From positions 25,857-89,856 of the IMG/VR virus record IMGVR_UViG_3300015263_000653: a stretch of 64,000 bases of DNA. One strand, written 5' to 3'. The stretch's first letter is position 1; each line of letters starts with the position of its first letter. Source of the DNA: a virus. The notes under the pieces are model-generated. The model searched no databases. It worked only from the letters and a program-made list of their open reading frames with translations, and was not told where the DNA came from. Below, piece after piece: positions 1 to 6,611 of the stretch. Made by a program: the position numbers and the translations under genes.

Positions 1-25
1 CCCTCTAACACCCACTTGGAGGACA

Positions 26-184
26 ATGATGGAAGACGGGACAAGAGTGTATGTGCCAAGCGTTGGCAAGAGCGGAACGATGAAGTTCTCAGTGCCCGGC
101 AATGGCACGTTCCGCTGGTATATCGTCGAGTTCGACGACGGCACTGAGGATCGTTTTGTCCTTGAGGATTTGCAGCGGGAGTAA
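26..184 (+). CDS. Small hypothetical cassette protein (52 aa, MMEDGTRVYVPSVGK...LEDLQRE)
   Basis: Translated by hand; GGAGG just upstream; stop TAA is the first triplet of repeat 182. Confidence 0.75.
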   Translation: MMEDGTRVYVPSVGKSGTMKFSVPGNGTFRWYIVEFDDGTEDRFVLEDLQRE

Positions 185-232
185 CACCCGCTTGAGTCCT
201 GTACAACACACAACACCTTTTGGAGATCGCTG

Positions 233-547
233 ATGTTGACAGACGAACAAAAGAAAGAGCGTCGGTTTCTCAGTCACAACATTGAACTGGGACAACGGGG
301 CCGCAAGCGGATGCCGTTCAGCGAAGTCTGTATGCACATGCGGATCGCTGGCAAGTACATGGATTTCGAGTTGCTCAACAAGGAGTATCCCGGAGTCCAG
401 TTGTACGAAGACGGTCGCCCGTTCTCTGGCTCGATCACGACCGGCGAAGCTGGCATCTTCCATGACTCGGAGCGGGGATATTACTACTACCCCCACGAGT
501 ACAACGCCGAGAACATGGACGACGCCGCCGACAACCCGCCCAGTTGA
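233..547 (+). CDS. Hypothetical cassette protein (104 aa)
   Basis: TTTTGGAG RBS; stop TGA begins repeat 545. Confidence 0.85.
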   Translation: MLTDEQKKERRFLSHNIELGQRGRKRMPFSEVCMHMRIAGKYMDFELLNKEYPGVQLYEDGRPFSGSITTGEAGIFHDSERGYYYYPHEYNAENMDDAADNPPS

Positions 548-562
548 CACCCGCTTGAACCT

Positions 563-593
563 CACCTCAGTAACTCAAAGAGTTACTGAGGTG
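563..593. other. Perfect 14-bp hairpin CACCTCAGTAACTC-AAA-GAGTTACTGAGGTG
   Basis: Inverted repeat read directly; sister copy at 5328-5358. Confidence 0.9.
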
Positions 594-626
594 GACAACC
601 CCGAACCCATTTGGAGGAACACCCAC

Positions 627-830
627 TTGAAAGACAGAACAACCCTTGGCCTGATGGCAGCACTGCTGAGCATGGGCGGCATCATCCCGATGCCATCGTC
701 GGAACCTCGTCGCCGTGTGTATCGGTCGCCAGAGGAACGGCGAGACCTGAACGCCGTCAAGGCGGAAAAGAAGCGAAAGCGGAAGATTTCGCAGAAGTCC
801 CGCAAGGCCAATCGACGCAAGGCGGCATAA
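627..830 (+). CDS. Small protein with hydrophobic N-part and very basic C-terminus (67 aa, ends RRKAA)
   Basis: GGAGG then TTG start; stop begins repeat 828; start uncertain. Confidence 0.7.
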   Translation: MKDRTTLGLMAALLSMGGIIPMPSSEPRRRVYRSPEERRDLNAVKAEKKRKRKISQKSRKANRRKAA

Positions 831-880
831 CACCCGCTTGAACAACGTACAACACACAACACTTTCTGAGGAGATCGCTG

Positions 881-1273
881 ATGAGTTTCAAGTTTCGCCA
901 CGTTACCGTCAAGCTCGGCAACATGCGGAAAGAGGCCGAGTTCGTGGTCTGTCCGGTGAGCAATACCGCTCCCCATGAGATCACGATTCAGAGTGACAAG
1001 CGGATTGCCCGTGTCAATCTGGAGACGAAAAAGGTCATCGTGAGCGATGGCAAGGGCGGGCATCCGGGCTTCCACAAGCTGCAAGCGTTCTGTGGAGCGA
1101 AGGAATACGACGCCCCGCAAGACCTGCTCGACCAGTTGTCCGCACTGGAAGAGGATCACGGCCCGATGGAGTCTGGCCCGGTGGTTGTCATGGATGAGAA
1201 CGGCCCGGCCCCCAGCGTCCACGCTCGGCGTGAGACTGTCCCCAGCGGCCCGGTTTCCATCTTCGACCTGTAA
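881..1273 (+). CDS. Hypothetical cassette protein (130 aa)
   Basis: GAGGAG RBS; stop begins repeat 1271. Confidence 0.85.
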   Translation: MSFKFRHVTVKLGNMRKEAEFVVCPVSNTAPHEITIQSDKRIARVNLETKKVIVSDGKGGHPGFHKLQAFCGAKEYDAPQDLLDQLSALEEDHGPMESGPVVVMDENGPAPSVHARRETVPSGPVSIFDL

Positions 1274-1341
1274 CACCCGCTTGGAGACTGTGAGACAGGA
1301 GTGGCCTGTCTCACAGTCAATCCAACTTTTGGAGTGGACCA

Positions 1342-1665
1342 ATGGCGAAAGACAAGCCAAAGATTGAGATCAAGTATGCTGACCGTGTTGTCGGCAGCTA
1401 CACCCTGTACCGCTCAATGCCAAAGGGCGCACGAGTCACCCAATGGGGAACATTCTTCCCCGGTCAAGGCGAGGATGGTTATGGTCGCAAGATCACAACC
1501 GACATCATCTTGATTTTCAATGGCGAGAGCAAGCGGAAATACCGGGTCTATGCGACCTGCTTTTCCAACTGTGCAAGCCACTGGATCACCTATCAGGGGC
1601 AGACGTTGCACCTTGGCACTCACTTTCAGGATGAGATCAAGCCGGAAAGTGAGATCCCGAAGTAA
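1342..1665 (+). CDS. Hypothetical phage protein (107 aa; GYGRKITT...RVYATCFSN)
   Basis: TTTTTGGAG RBS after a 14-bp hairpin; stop begins repeat 1663. Confidence 0.85.
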   Translation: MAKDKPKIEIKYADRVVGSYTLYRSMPKGARVTQWGTFFPGQGEDGYGRKITTDIILIFNGESKRKYRVYATCFSNCASHWITYQGQTLHLGTHFQDEIKPESEIPK

Positions 1666-1717
1666 CACCCGCTTGGAAGGTGTCAGCAATGGGGCTGACA
1701 CCTTTCTGGAGAACACA

Positions 1718-2050
1718 ATGCACCAACTCGTTATCGCCCATCACCCGCAGGACGTTGACCCTTCCGCCCCGATGGCGGACTCGCCGTTCTGGGCGTGGCT
1801 GGAAGAACACCCGCTTTCAGTCTGTCACGTTGCACTGCTCAAGTATCTCGGAGCGGAGAATTATCCACGAGAGATGCGGCGTGGAATGCTCAACGAAACT
1901 GAGCACATGTGCTACAAGCACATCCATGCTCACTTTTGGTGGACTCGGTTGCGGCAGCCGAAACCGGTGGTTGAGAAGACCCCGGAGCCGATCACGCCCC
2001 CGGAGTTGATTTCAGTCATCAGCTTCGATGGCATCAAGCGGCTGGTCTGA
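1718..2050 (+). CDS. Hypothetical cassette protein (110 aa, His-rich)
   Basis: GGAG RBS and ATG at 1718; stop TGA begins repeat 2048. Confidence 0.8.
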   Translation: MHQLVIAHHPQDVDPSAPMADSPFWAWLEEHPLSVCHVALLKYLGAENYPREMRRGMLNETEHMCYKHIHAHFWWTRLRQPKPVVEKTPEPITPPELISVISFDGIKRLV

Positions 2051-2101
2051 CACCCGCTTGGAGAGTGTACAACACACAACACACTTTTGGAGATCGCCAT
2101 C

Positions 2102-2434
2102 ATGGCACGTTGCGAAGACTTCCCCTGCTGTGGGCATGAACCCGGATGCTGCCCGGACTACGATGAGTCGGGCCGTCAGTTGAACATGGTTTGCGTCTGT
2201 GGGGCAAAGCTGCCCATCGACAGCCGCTACTCGATCTGTGCGAGTTGTATGCGAGACCCGGACGACCCCGATTTCGACCGGGATTTCGATGACGACTTCG
2301 AGGATGACGAAGAGGATTTCGACGAAGAGGACGACTACGAGCGTCGTCAGGACGAGATTCTGGAGCGTCAGGAACTCGAAGACTTCGAGCAGGCCGACGA
2401 ATACTTCGGTGGCTACGGCGGGGAGGACTGGTAG
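2102..2434 (+). CDS. Cys-rich (putative Zn-binding) protein with highly acidic C-terminal half (110 aa)
   Basis: CEDFPCCGH, CVCG, CASC motifs then D/E tract; stop TAG overlaps repeat 2434. Confidence 0.85.
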   Translation: MARCEDFPCCGHEPGCCPDYDESGRQLNMVCVCGAKLPIDSRYSICASCMRDPDDPDFDRDFDDDFEDDEEDFDEEDDYERRQDEILERQELEDFEQADEYFGGYGGEDW

Positions 2435-2446
2435 GACACCCGCTTG

Positions 2447-2590
2447 GAATACACTGGGGGAGACCGGGTAAAACGCCTCGGTCCCCAACTATCAAACCTA
2501 AAGCGACCCGACAGGCCGCACCCGGTTCTCCCCCTTTGATTTACCTTTTTCGTCACTGGGCGACGGCGAATGTCCAGAACACAACGCCAG
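2447..2590 (+). ncRNA. Non-coding cassette, candidate structured small RNA
   Basis: No RBS-led ORF; GGGGGAGACCGGGT pairs with ACCCGGTTCTCCCCC, followed by a T-rich tract. Confidence 0.5.
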
Positions 2591-2639
2591 TAACACCCGC
2601 TTGGACAGCGGTAACACAACACAACTTTTGGAGTCAGCC

Positions 2640-2819
2640 ATGACACCGGCTCAACGTCAGCAGCGGCAAAACATTCGCAATGCGTATCTTGTGGCATCCA
2701 TCGAAGAGATGGAAGCTGGCAAGGCTCAACAGAACGATTTCGGCAAGAGCGTCCTGCAAGAGATGATCGACGAGTGCAAACAGCACGGCGTTGACAACTA
2801 TGGGAAGACTCCCCTCTAA
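2640..2819 (+). CDS. Small hypothetical cassette protein (59 aa)
   Basis: TTTTGGAG RBS; stop begins repeat 2817. Confidence 0.8.
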   Translation: MTPAQRQQRQNIRNAYLVASIEEMEAGKAQQNDFGKSVLQEMIDECKQHGVDNYGKTPL

Positions 2820-2868
2820 CACCCGCTTGGGGAGTGTACAACACACAACACCTTTTTCGGAGATCGTG

Positions 2869-3372
2869 ATGAAAACCGTCACACGTCAAAGCCAGTGGGG
2901 GACTGGCAACATGGTTGTCGAGATCAGCGATGGTGGGATTGACTACTGCAACCCCGATGCACTGTCCGCAAAGTATCGGGGCGAGTTCGAGGAATTTGCC
3001 GATCCTCGTGAGGCAGTGGAAACCGCTATCACCATCGCTCAACAGTGGCAGGCGGATGCTCCCGATAAGACCATCCTGATTGACCACGGTGGCACCGGTG
3101 GAATGACCATGCCATTCGATGGGATGGAACTGGGAGAGGAAACCTACACCGCTCTGAGGGAGTGGGCAAACAGCCAGTATGAGGAACTGGAGAAATGTTG
3201 CCGCTGTGGCGACATCCTCGGCAAAGAGCGATGGACACACCCGGAACTCTGCGAAGAGGAAAAGTTCTGCTCTGAGAACTGCTGTGACAACGCCTACTGG
3301 GACATGATGAAAGAACTCGAAGAGGAGGAGGAGGAGGAGGACGAGGATGAAGAAGTAGAGGACGACGAGTAA
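2869..3372 (+). CDS. Acidic protein with C-terminal Zn-finger-like motif and poly-E/D tail (167 aa)
   Basis: CCRCG...FCSENCC, EEEEEEEDEDEEVEDDE; stop begins repeat 3370. Confidence 0.85.
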   Translation: MKTVTRQSQWGTGNMVVEISDGGIDYCNPDALSAKYRGEFEEFADPREAVETAITIAQQWQADAPDKTILIDHGGTGGMTMPFDGMELGEETYTALREWANSQYEELEKCCRCGDILGKERWTHPELCEEEKFCSENCCDNAYWDMMKELEEEEEEEDEDEEVEDDE

Positions 3373-3440
3373 CACCCGCTTGGAAGGTGTCAGGCAGGAG
3401 AATGGGCCTGCCTGACACTTTTCACAACTCGGAGAACACC

Positions 3441-3647
3441 ATGCCAAAGGCGCAATCGCAGTACAAGCCTATCGGCCAGTATCGGTTTCCCGCAATGGGC
3501 GGGCCGACTGTGACCTATGGGCAGAAACCCTACTACGGCAGGCGGATGCAGTATTTGCCAGCCGTGAGAACGACAATGCTTCAAGTCCAAGTGATGGTTC
3601 TCGGCTCGTTGATGTGGATCAACGTGAGGCCCGAGGATCTGAAGTAA
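3441..3647 (+). CDS. Small hypothetical cassette protein (68 aa)
   Basis: GGAG RBS after hairpin; stop begins repeat 3645. Confidence 0.75.
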   Translation: MPKAQSQYKPIGQYRFPAMGGPTVTYGQKPYYGRRMQYLPAVRTTMLQVQVMVLGSLMWINVRPEDLK

Positions 3648-3697
3648 CACCCGCTTGGGTGATGTAACATCAGCAACCCCCGTAAGGGAGAAGAACA

Positions 3698-3847
3698 GTG
3701 CATTTCGACAAACGCAAGGCCAAACGTGCCGACAAACGACGCCGAGACAAGGAGATCGAGCGTTGCAAGAGGGAGCACGGGAATCGGGGTGAAAAGAACA
3801 CTCGGAAGCGTCCCCGATTCGACGAGTTTGACAGGGAAGCGGCGTAA
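3698..3847 (+). CDS. Small basic protein (49 aa, ends DREAA)
   Basis: Translated by hand from GTG after AAGGGAG; stop begins repeat 3845. Confidence 0.65.
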   Translation: MHFDKRKAKRADKRRRDKEIERCKREHGNRGEKNTRKRPRFDEFDREAA

Positions 3848-3896
3848 CACCCGCTTGGGGACTGTCAATCAACAATCCAACTTTTGGAATGAAGCC

Positions 3897-4082
3897 ATGA
3901 AGGTCGCCACGCATCGTTACCCCCGGACTGCTCAGGAGTCTCGGGAAGTCATCACCGACGTTGATTTCAGCGTCAAGGCCCGCAAGCGGAAGTTGCCCAA
4001 CTGCTGGGACGACAAGCCACGGGGAGACCACGATCACCGCTCGTGGAAGCGTCATCGCCGCAACCAGTGGAAGGCAGCCTAA
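3897..4082 (+). CDS. Small basic protein (61 aa, ends QWKAA)
   Basis: RYPRT, LPNCWDD, SWKRHRR; stop begins repeat 4080. Confidence 0.8.
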   Translation: MKVATHRYPRTAQESREVITDVDFSVKARKRKLPNCWDDKPRGDHDHRSWKRHRRNQWKAA

Positions 4083-4132
4083 CACCCGCTTGTAGGCTGT
4101 ACAACACACAACACCTTTTCAGGAGTCGAGCG

Positions 4133-4504
4133 ATGAACTTCGCCGTCAACACCAAAGACAGCATCTTGGCAACCTTGCGGGATGCGATTGATTTGCAGGA
4201 TTACATGGTCAAGGCCGACCACATTCTGGATGCCCTGATGACGACGGCAGGCGTCTGGACTGAGTGTGGCTATGCCTACAAGGCGACTGAGATCGCCAAT
4301 ATCATCGGCCAGCGGTTCACCGATGAGATCGGCAATTGCCATCACCACAAGACCCACGCCAAGATCGACACCATGCGGATCAAGGCGTACACCGTCGCCC
4401 GGTTCTTCTGTGAACAGCAGTACGAGTATCGGGAAGCCCAGCAAGCGGAGATCGACGCCATGTTGGGCATCGAACACAAGACCGATATGGAGCTTGCGAG
4501 CTAA
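4133..4504 (+). CDS. Hypothetical cassette protein (123 aa)
   Basis: AGGAG RBS; stop begins repeat 4502. Confidence 0.85.
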   Translation: MNFAVNTKDSILATLRDAIDLQDYMVKADHILDALMTTAGVWTECGYAYKATEIANIIGQRFTDEIGNCHHHKTHAKIDTMRIKAYTVARFFCEQQYEYREAQQAEIDAMLGIEHKTDMELAS

Positions 4505-4514
4505 CACCCGCTTG

Positions 4515-4585
4515 GAAGGTGTTGAGAGGGTGCTGTCTGGAGGCGACAGCCAAGTGTCACCCAGTCTCAGGTGAAACAGCCCGAT
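4515..4585 (+). ncRNA. Short non-coding cassette with nested stems
   Basis: TGAGA/TCTCA, GGGTG/CACCC and GCTGTC/GACAGC pairings; no ORF. Confidence 0.45.
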
Positions 4586-4616
4586 CAACACCCGCTTGTA
4601 AAGTGTCACCGGTGGC

Positions 4617-4824
4617 AAGGACGACCGGGGAGAACACTGAGACAACCGATTAGCCCACCGCTACCTACTGTCTTTACCGAAACTGCTGTGACAGCCGCCA
4701 GTCTGATGACGGGTTTACCGTACCTTGGCCGAGGCGTTGTCCACTGGAAACGGCGACAGCAAAAGTAGGCAGAGTGGACGGTGTGCGAATCGAGTCTCAG
4801 TGAAGTATCCCCGGTCCTCTCCTT
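4617..4824 (+). ncRNA. ~210-nt rod-like structured RNA cassette (6S-like architecture)
   Basis: Nested pairings AAGGA/TCCTT, GACCGGGGA/TCCCCGGTC, CACTGAGAC/GTCTCAGTG, CGATT/AATCG, CCAC/GTGG, CCTAC/GTAGG, TGCTGT/ACAGCA, GCCG/CGGC, CCAGT/ACTGG. Confidence 0.7.
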
Positions 4825-4873
4825 CAACACCCGCTTGTACAACGTAACAACAACACCTTCTGAGGGCCACAAG

Positions 4874-5014
4874 ATGAATCAGCGTCGGATCTACCAACTC
4901 ATGACGGAGTTGGGCAAGGAACTGGAGTCGTACAATCCGCCCGGCAATGTCAAGTTCAAGGCGGCAATCGCTGGCCTGCGAGCGGCCATCAAGAGTTTGC
5001 GAGTGTTCTTCTAA
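4874..5014 (+). CDS. Small hypothetical cassette protein (46 aa)
   Basis: GAGG RBS; stop begins repeat 5012. Confidence 0.75.
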   Translation: MNQRRIYQLMTELGKELESYNPPGNVKFKAAIAGLRAAIKSLRVFF

Positions 5015-5065
5015 CACCCGCTTGGACAACGTAACAACACAACCCACTTCTCAGGAGTTCACACG

Positions 5066-5299
5066 ATGAACCACAATCCCGGCGTCAACCGCATGAAGAA
5101 CATCGCCCGCAATGGCTTCCTGTCCTCGCTGGTCGCCAAGGCCCACGCCGGGCAGCGGCCCGACATCACCCTCAAGCCGAAGGGCGTCACCTGTGAGGAA
5201 CTGGAGAAGTACCTCAAGGCCAACAACTGCGGCTGGACCAAGCACGCTGGCGGACGGTATGTCATCGGCTCCCTGCGACCGGCCCGCAAGGCAGCGTAA
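5066..5299 (+). CDS. Small basic cassette protein (77 aa, ends ARKAA)
   Basis: AGGAG RBS; stop begins repeat 5297. Confidence 0.8.
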   Translation: MNHNPGVNRMKNIARNGFLSSLVAKAHAGQRPDITLKPKGVTCEELEKYLKANNCGWTKHAGGRYVIGSLRPARKAA

Positions 5300-5309
5300 C
5301 ACCCGCTTG

Positions 5310-5375
5310 GAGAGTGTCAGCCAACAACCCCTCAGTTACTCTTTGAGTAACTGAGGGGGAGCGGCTGGCCGGGAC
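5310..5375 (+). other. Non-coding cassette containing a perfect 14-bp hairpin (5328-5358)
   Basis: CCCCTCAGTTACTC-TTT-GAGTAACTGAGGGG inside an outer GTCAGCC/GGCTGGC stem. Confidence 0.8.
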
Positions 5376-5428
5376 CAACACCCGCTTGGACCGTGTTAAG
5401 ACCACAACACCTTTTTGGAGATCGAGTC

Positions 5429-6001
5429 ATGTTGAAGTTGTTTGTTCTGGAGTGCAGCACCGTCGAGGAACTGGAATCGGCAATGTCCCGCATGGGGCTG
5501 AGCAAGGTCAAGCCCGAACTGGCTGTGCTGGTCACGCCCGGTGGCAACGTCGAGGAGCCGACGCCAACGCCGCCTGCCCCCAAGGCTGACACCCGCTTGG
5601 AAAGTGTTGAGACGGAAACGACTCAACCGCCAGCCCCCAAGGCTGACGCCAAGCCGCCCCGCAAGTCGAAGCGGAAGGGTGGCGGGGGTGGCTTCCGCAA
5701 GGCAGCCCCCAAGACGTTCACCGATTTGTCGAAGCTGGAAGGCATCGGCATCTATCACAAGGCCGATGGCACGCAGAAGGTTGTGGGCATCATCGGACGG
5801 AGCGAAGGCAAGGGCGGCAACGCTGGTCACGAGATTCTGTGGCTCGGCAACGTCGAGCGGAAGGACGGCGAGATTGTGTGCTGGTCCTTCGCCAACGGCG
5901 ACCCGTGGACGCACAACGCCACCCGCTTCCCGGAAACGATCACCGATCTGGCCCCGTACAGCCCGGACTACGCCGAACTGCTGGTCGAGATGGTGGGCTA
6001 A
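5429..6001 (+). CDS. Hypothetical protein (190 aa) with Pro/Lys linker that reads through an internal array repeat
   Basis: TTTTTGGAG RBS; repeat 5587 is translated as ADTRLESV; stop begins repeat 5999. Confidence 0.8.
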   Translation: MLKLFVLECSTVEELESAMSRMGLSKVKPELAVLVTPGGNVEEPTPTPPAPKADTRLESVETETTQPPAPKADAKPPRKSKRKGGGGGFRKAAPKTFTDLSKLEGIGIYHKADGTQKVVGIIGRSEGKGGNAGHEILWLGNVERKDGEIVCWSFANGDPWTHNATRFPETITDLAPYSPDYAELLVEMVG

Positions 6002-6011
6002 CACCCGCTTG

Positions 6012-6099
6012 GAAAGTGTCGAGAGGGGGACGACAACCCCTCTCGCTCTTTCCTCTCTCTCACTCTCAACTGCGAGTGAGTGAGAGGGGAGAGACAGAC
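6012..6099 (+). other. Non-coding cassette with two hairpins
   Basis: CGAGAGGGG/CCCCTCTCG and TCCTCTCTCTCACTC...GAGTGAGTGAGAGGGGA. Confidence 0.6.
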
Positions 6100-6152
6100 T
6101 AACACCCGCTTGTAAGTTGTGAGAGGACACAACACTAACCGAAAGGGATCGA

Positions 6153-6611
6153 ATGCTGCAAGAGTTGAAAGGGATCGTCGAGGGCATGGGCAAGAGCAAA
6201 GCCAAGCCCGAACTGGTCGCTCTGATCGAGCGAGCCGAGACGCAAGGCCAAGCCGCTGATCCGAAGCGATGGGCCTATGCGGGAGTCACCTTGATGGCCG
6301 TGATGAGTGCTGGACTCAACGGCTACGCCAACGCACAGCACGCAACTGTGCCGATGGCAGGGTGGGCGATGGGGATTGCAATCCCCGCCATCGTCCTGAT
6401 CCTCGCCCGTGTGGCAGGGATCAACTGGAAGGCAGGACGCAAGGCGATGGCGAAGGCCGGGGCTGGCGTCGGCATCGGATTGCTTGTCTTGTCAGTGTGG
6501 CACTGTGCTACTAGCATCAGCCTGCTGACTGGCAGCCATGTGCTACTCGCACTGCCGATGGCACTGGCTATTGATGCGGGGCTGGTGTACTGCGAGTGCA
6601 ACACATTGTAA
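6153..6611 (+). CDS. Multi-pass membrane protein (152 aa)
   Basis: About four hydrophobic segments; stop begins last repeat 6609. Confidence 0.85.
   Translation: MLQELKGIVEGMGKSKAKPELVALIERAETQGQAADPKRWAYAGVTLMAVMSAGLNGYANAQHATVPMAGWAMGIAIPAIVLILARVAGINWKAGRKAMAKAGAGVGIGLLVLSVWHCATSISLLTGSHVLLALPMALAIDAGLVYCECNTL

Noticed and set aside
618-629. Extra repeat-like AACACCCACTTG (also AACACCCGCTT near 1806 and ACCCGCTT near 5921)
   Set aside because: Partial or mismatched, lacking N5-YGT and not at cassette boundaries; not counted, possibly decayed copies
4699-4752. Hammerhead ribozyme (CTGATGA at 4703)
   Set aside because: The required GAAA does not follow stem II in the right topology; the segment fits the apex of the rod-like RNA better
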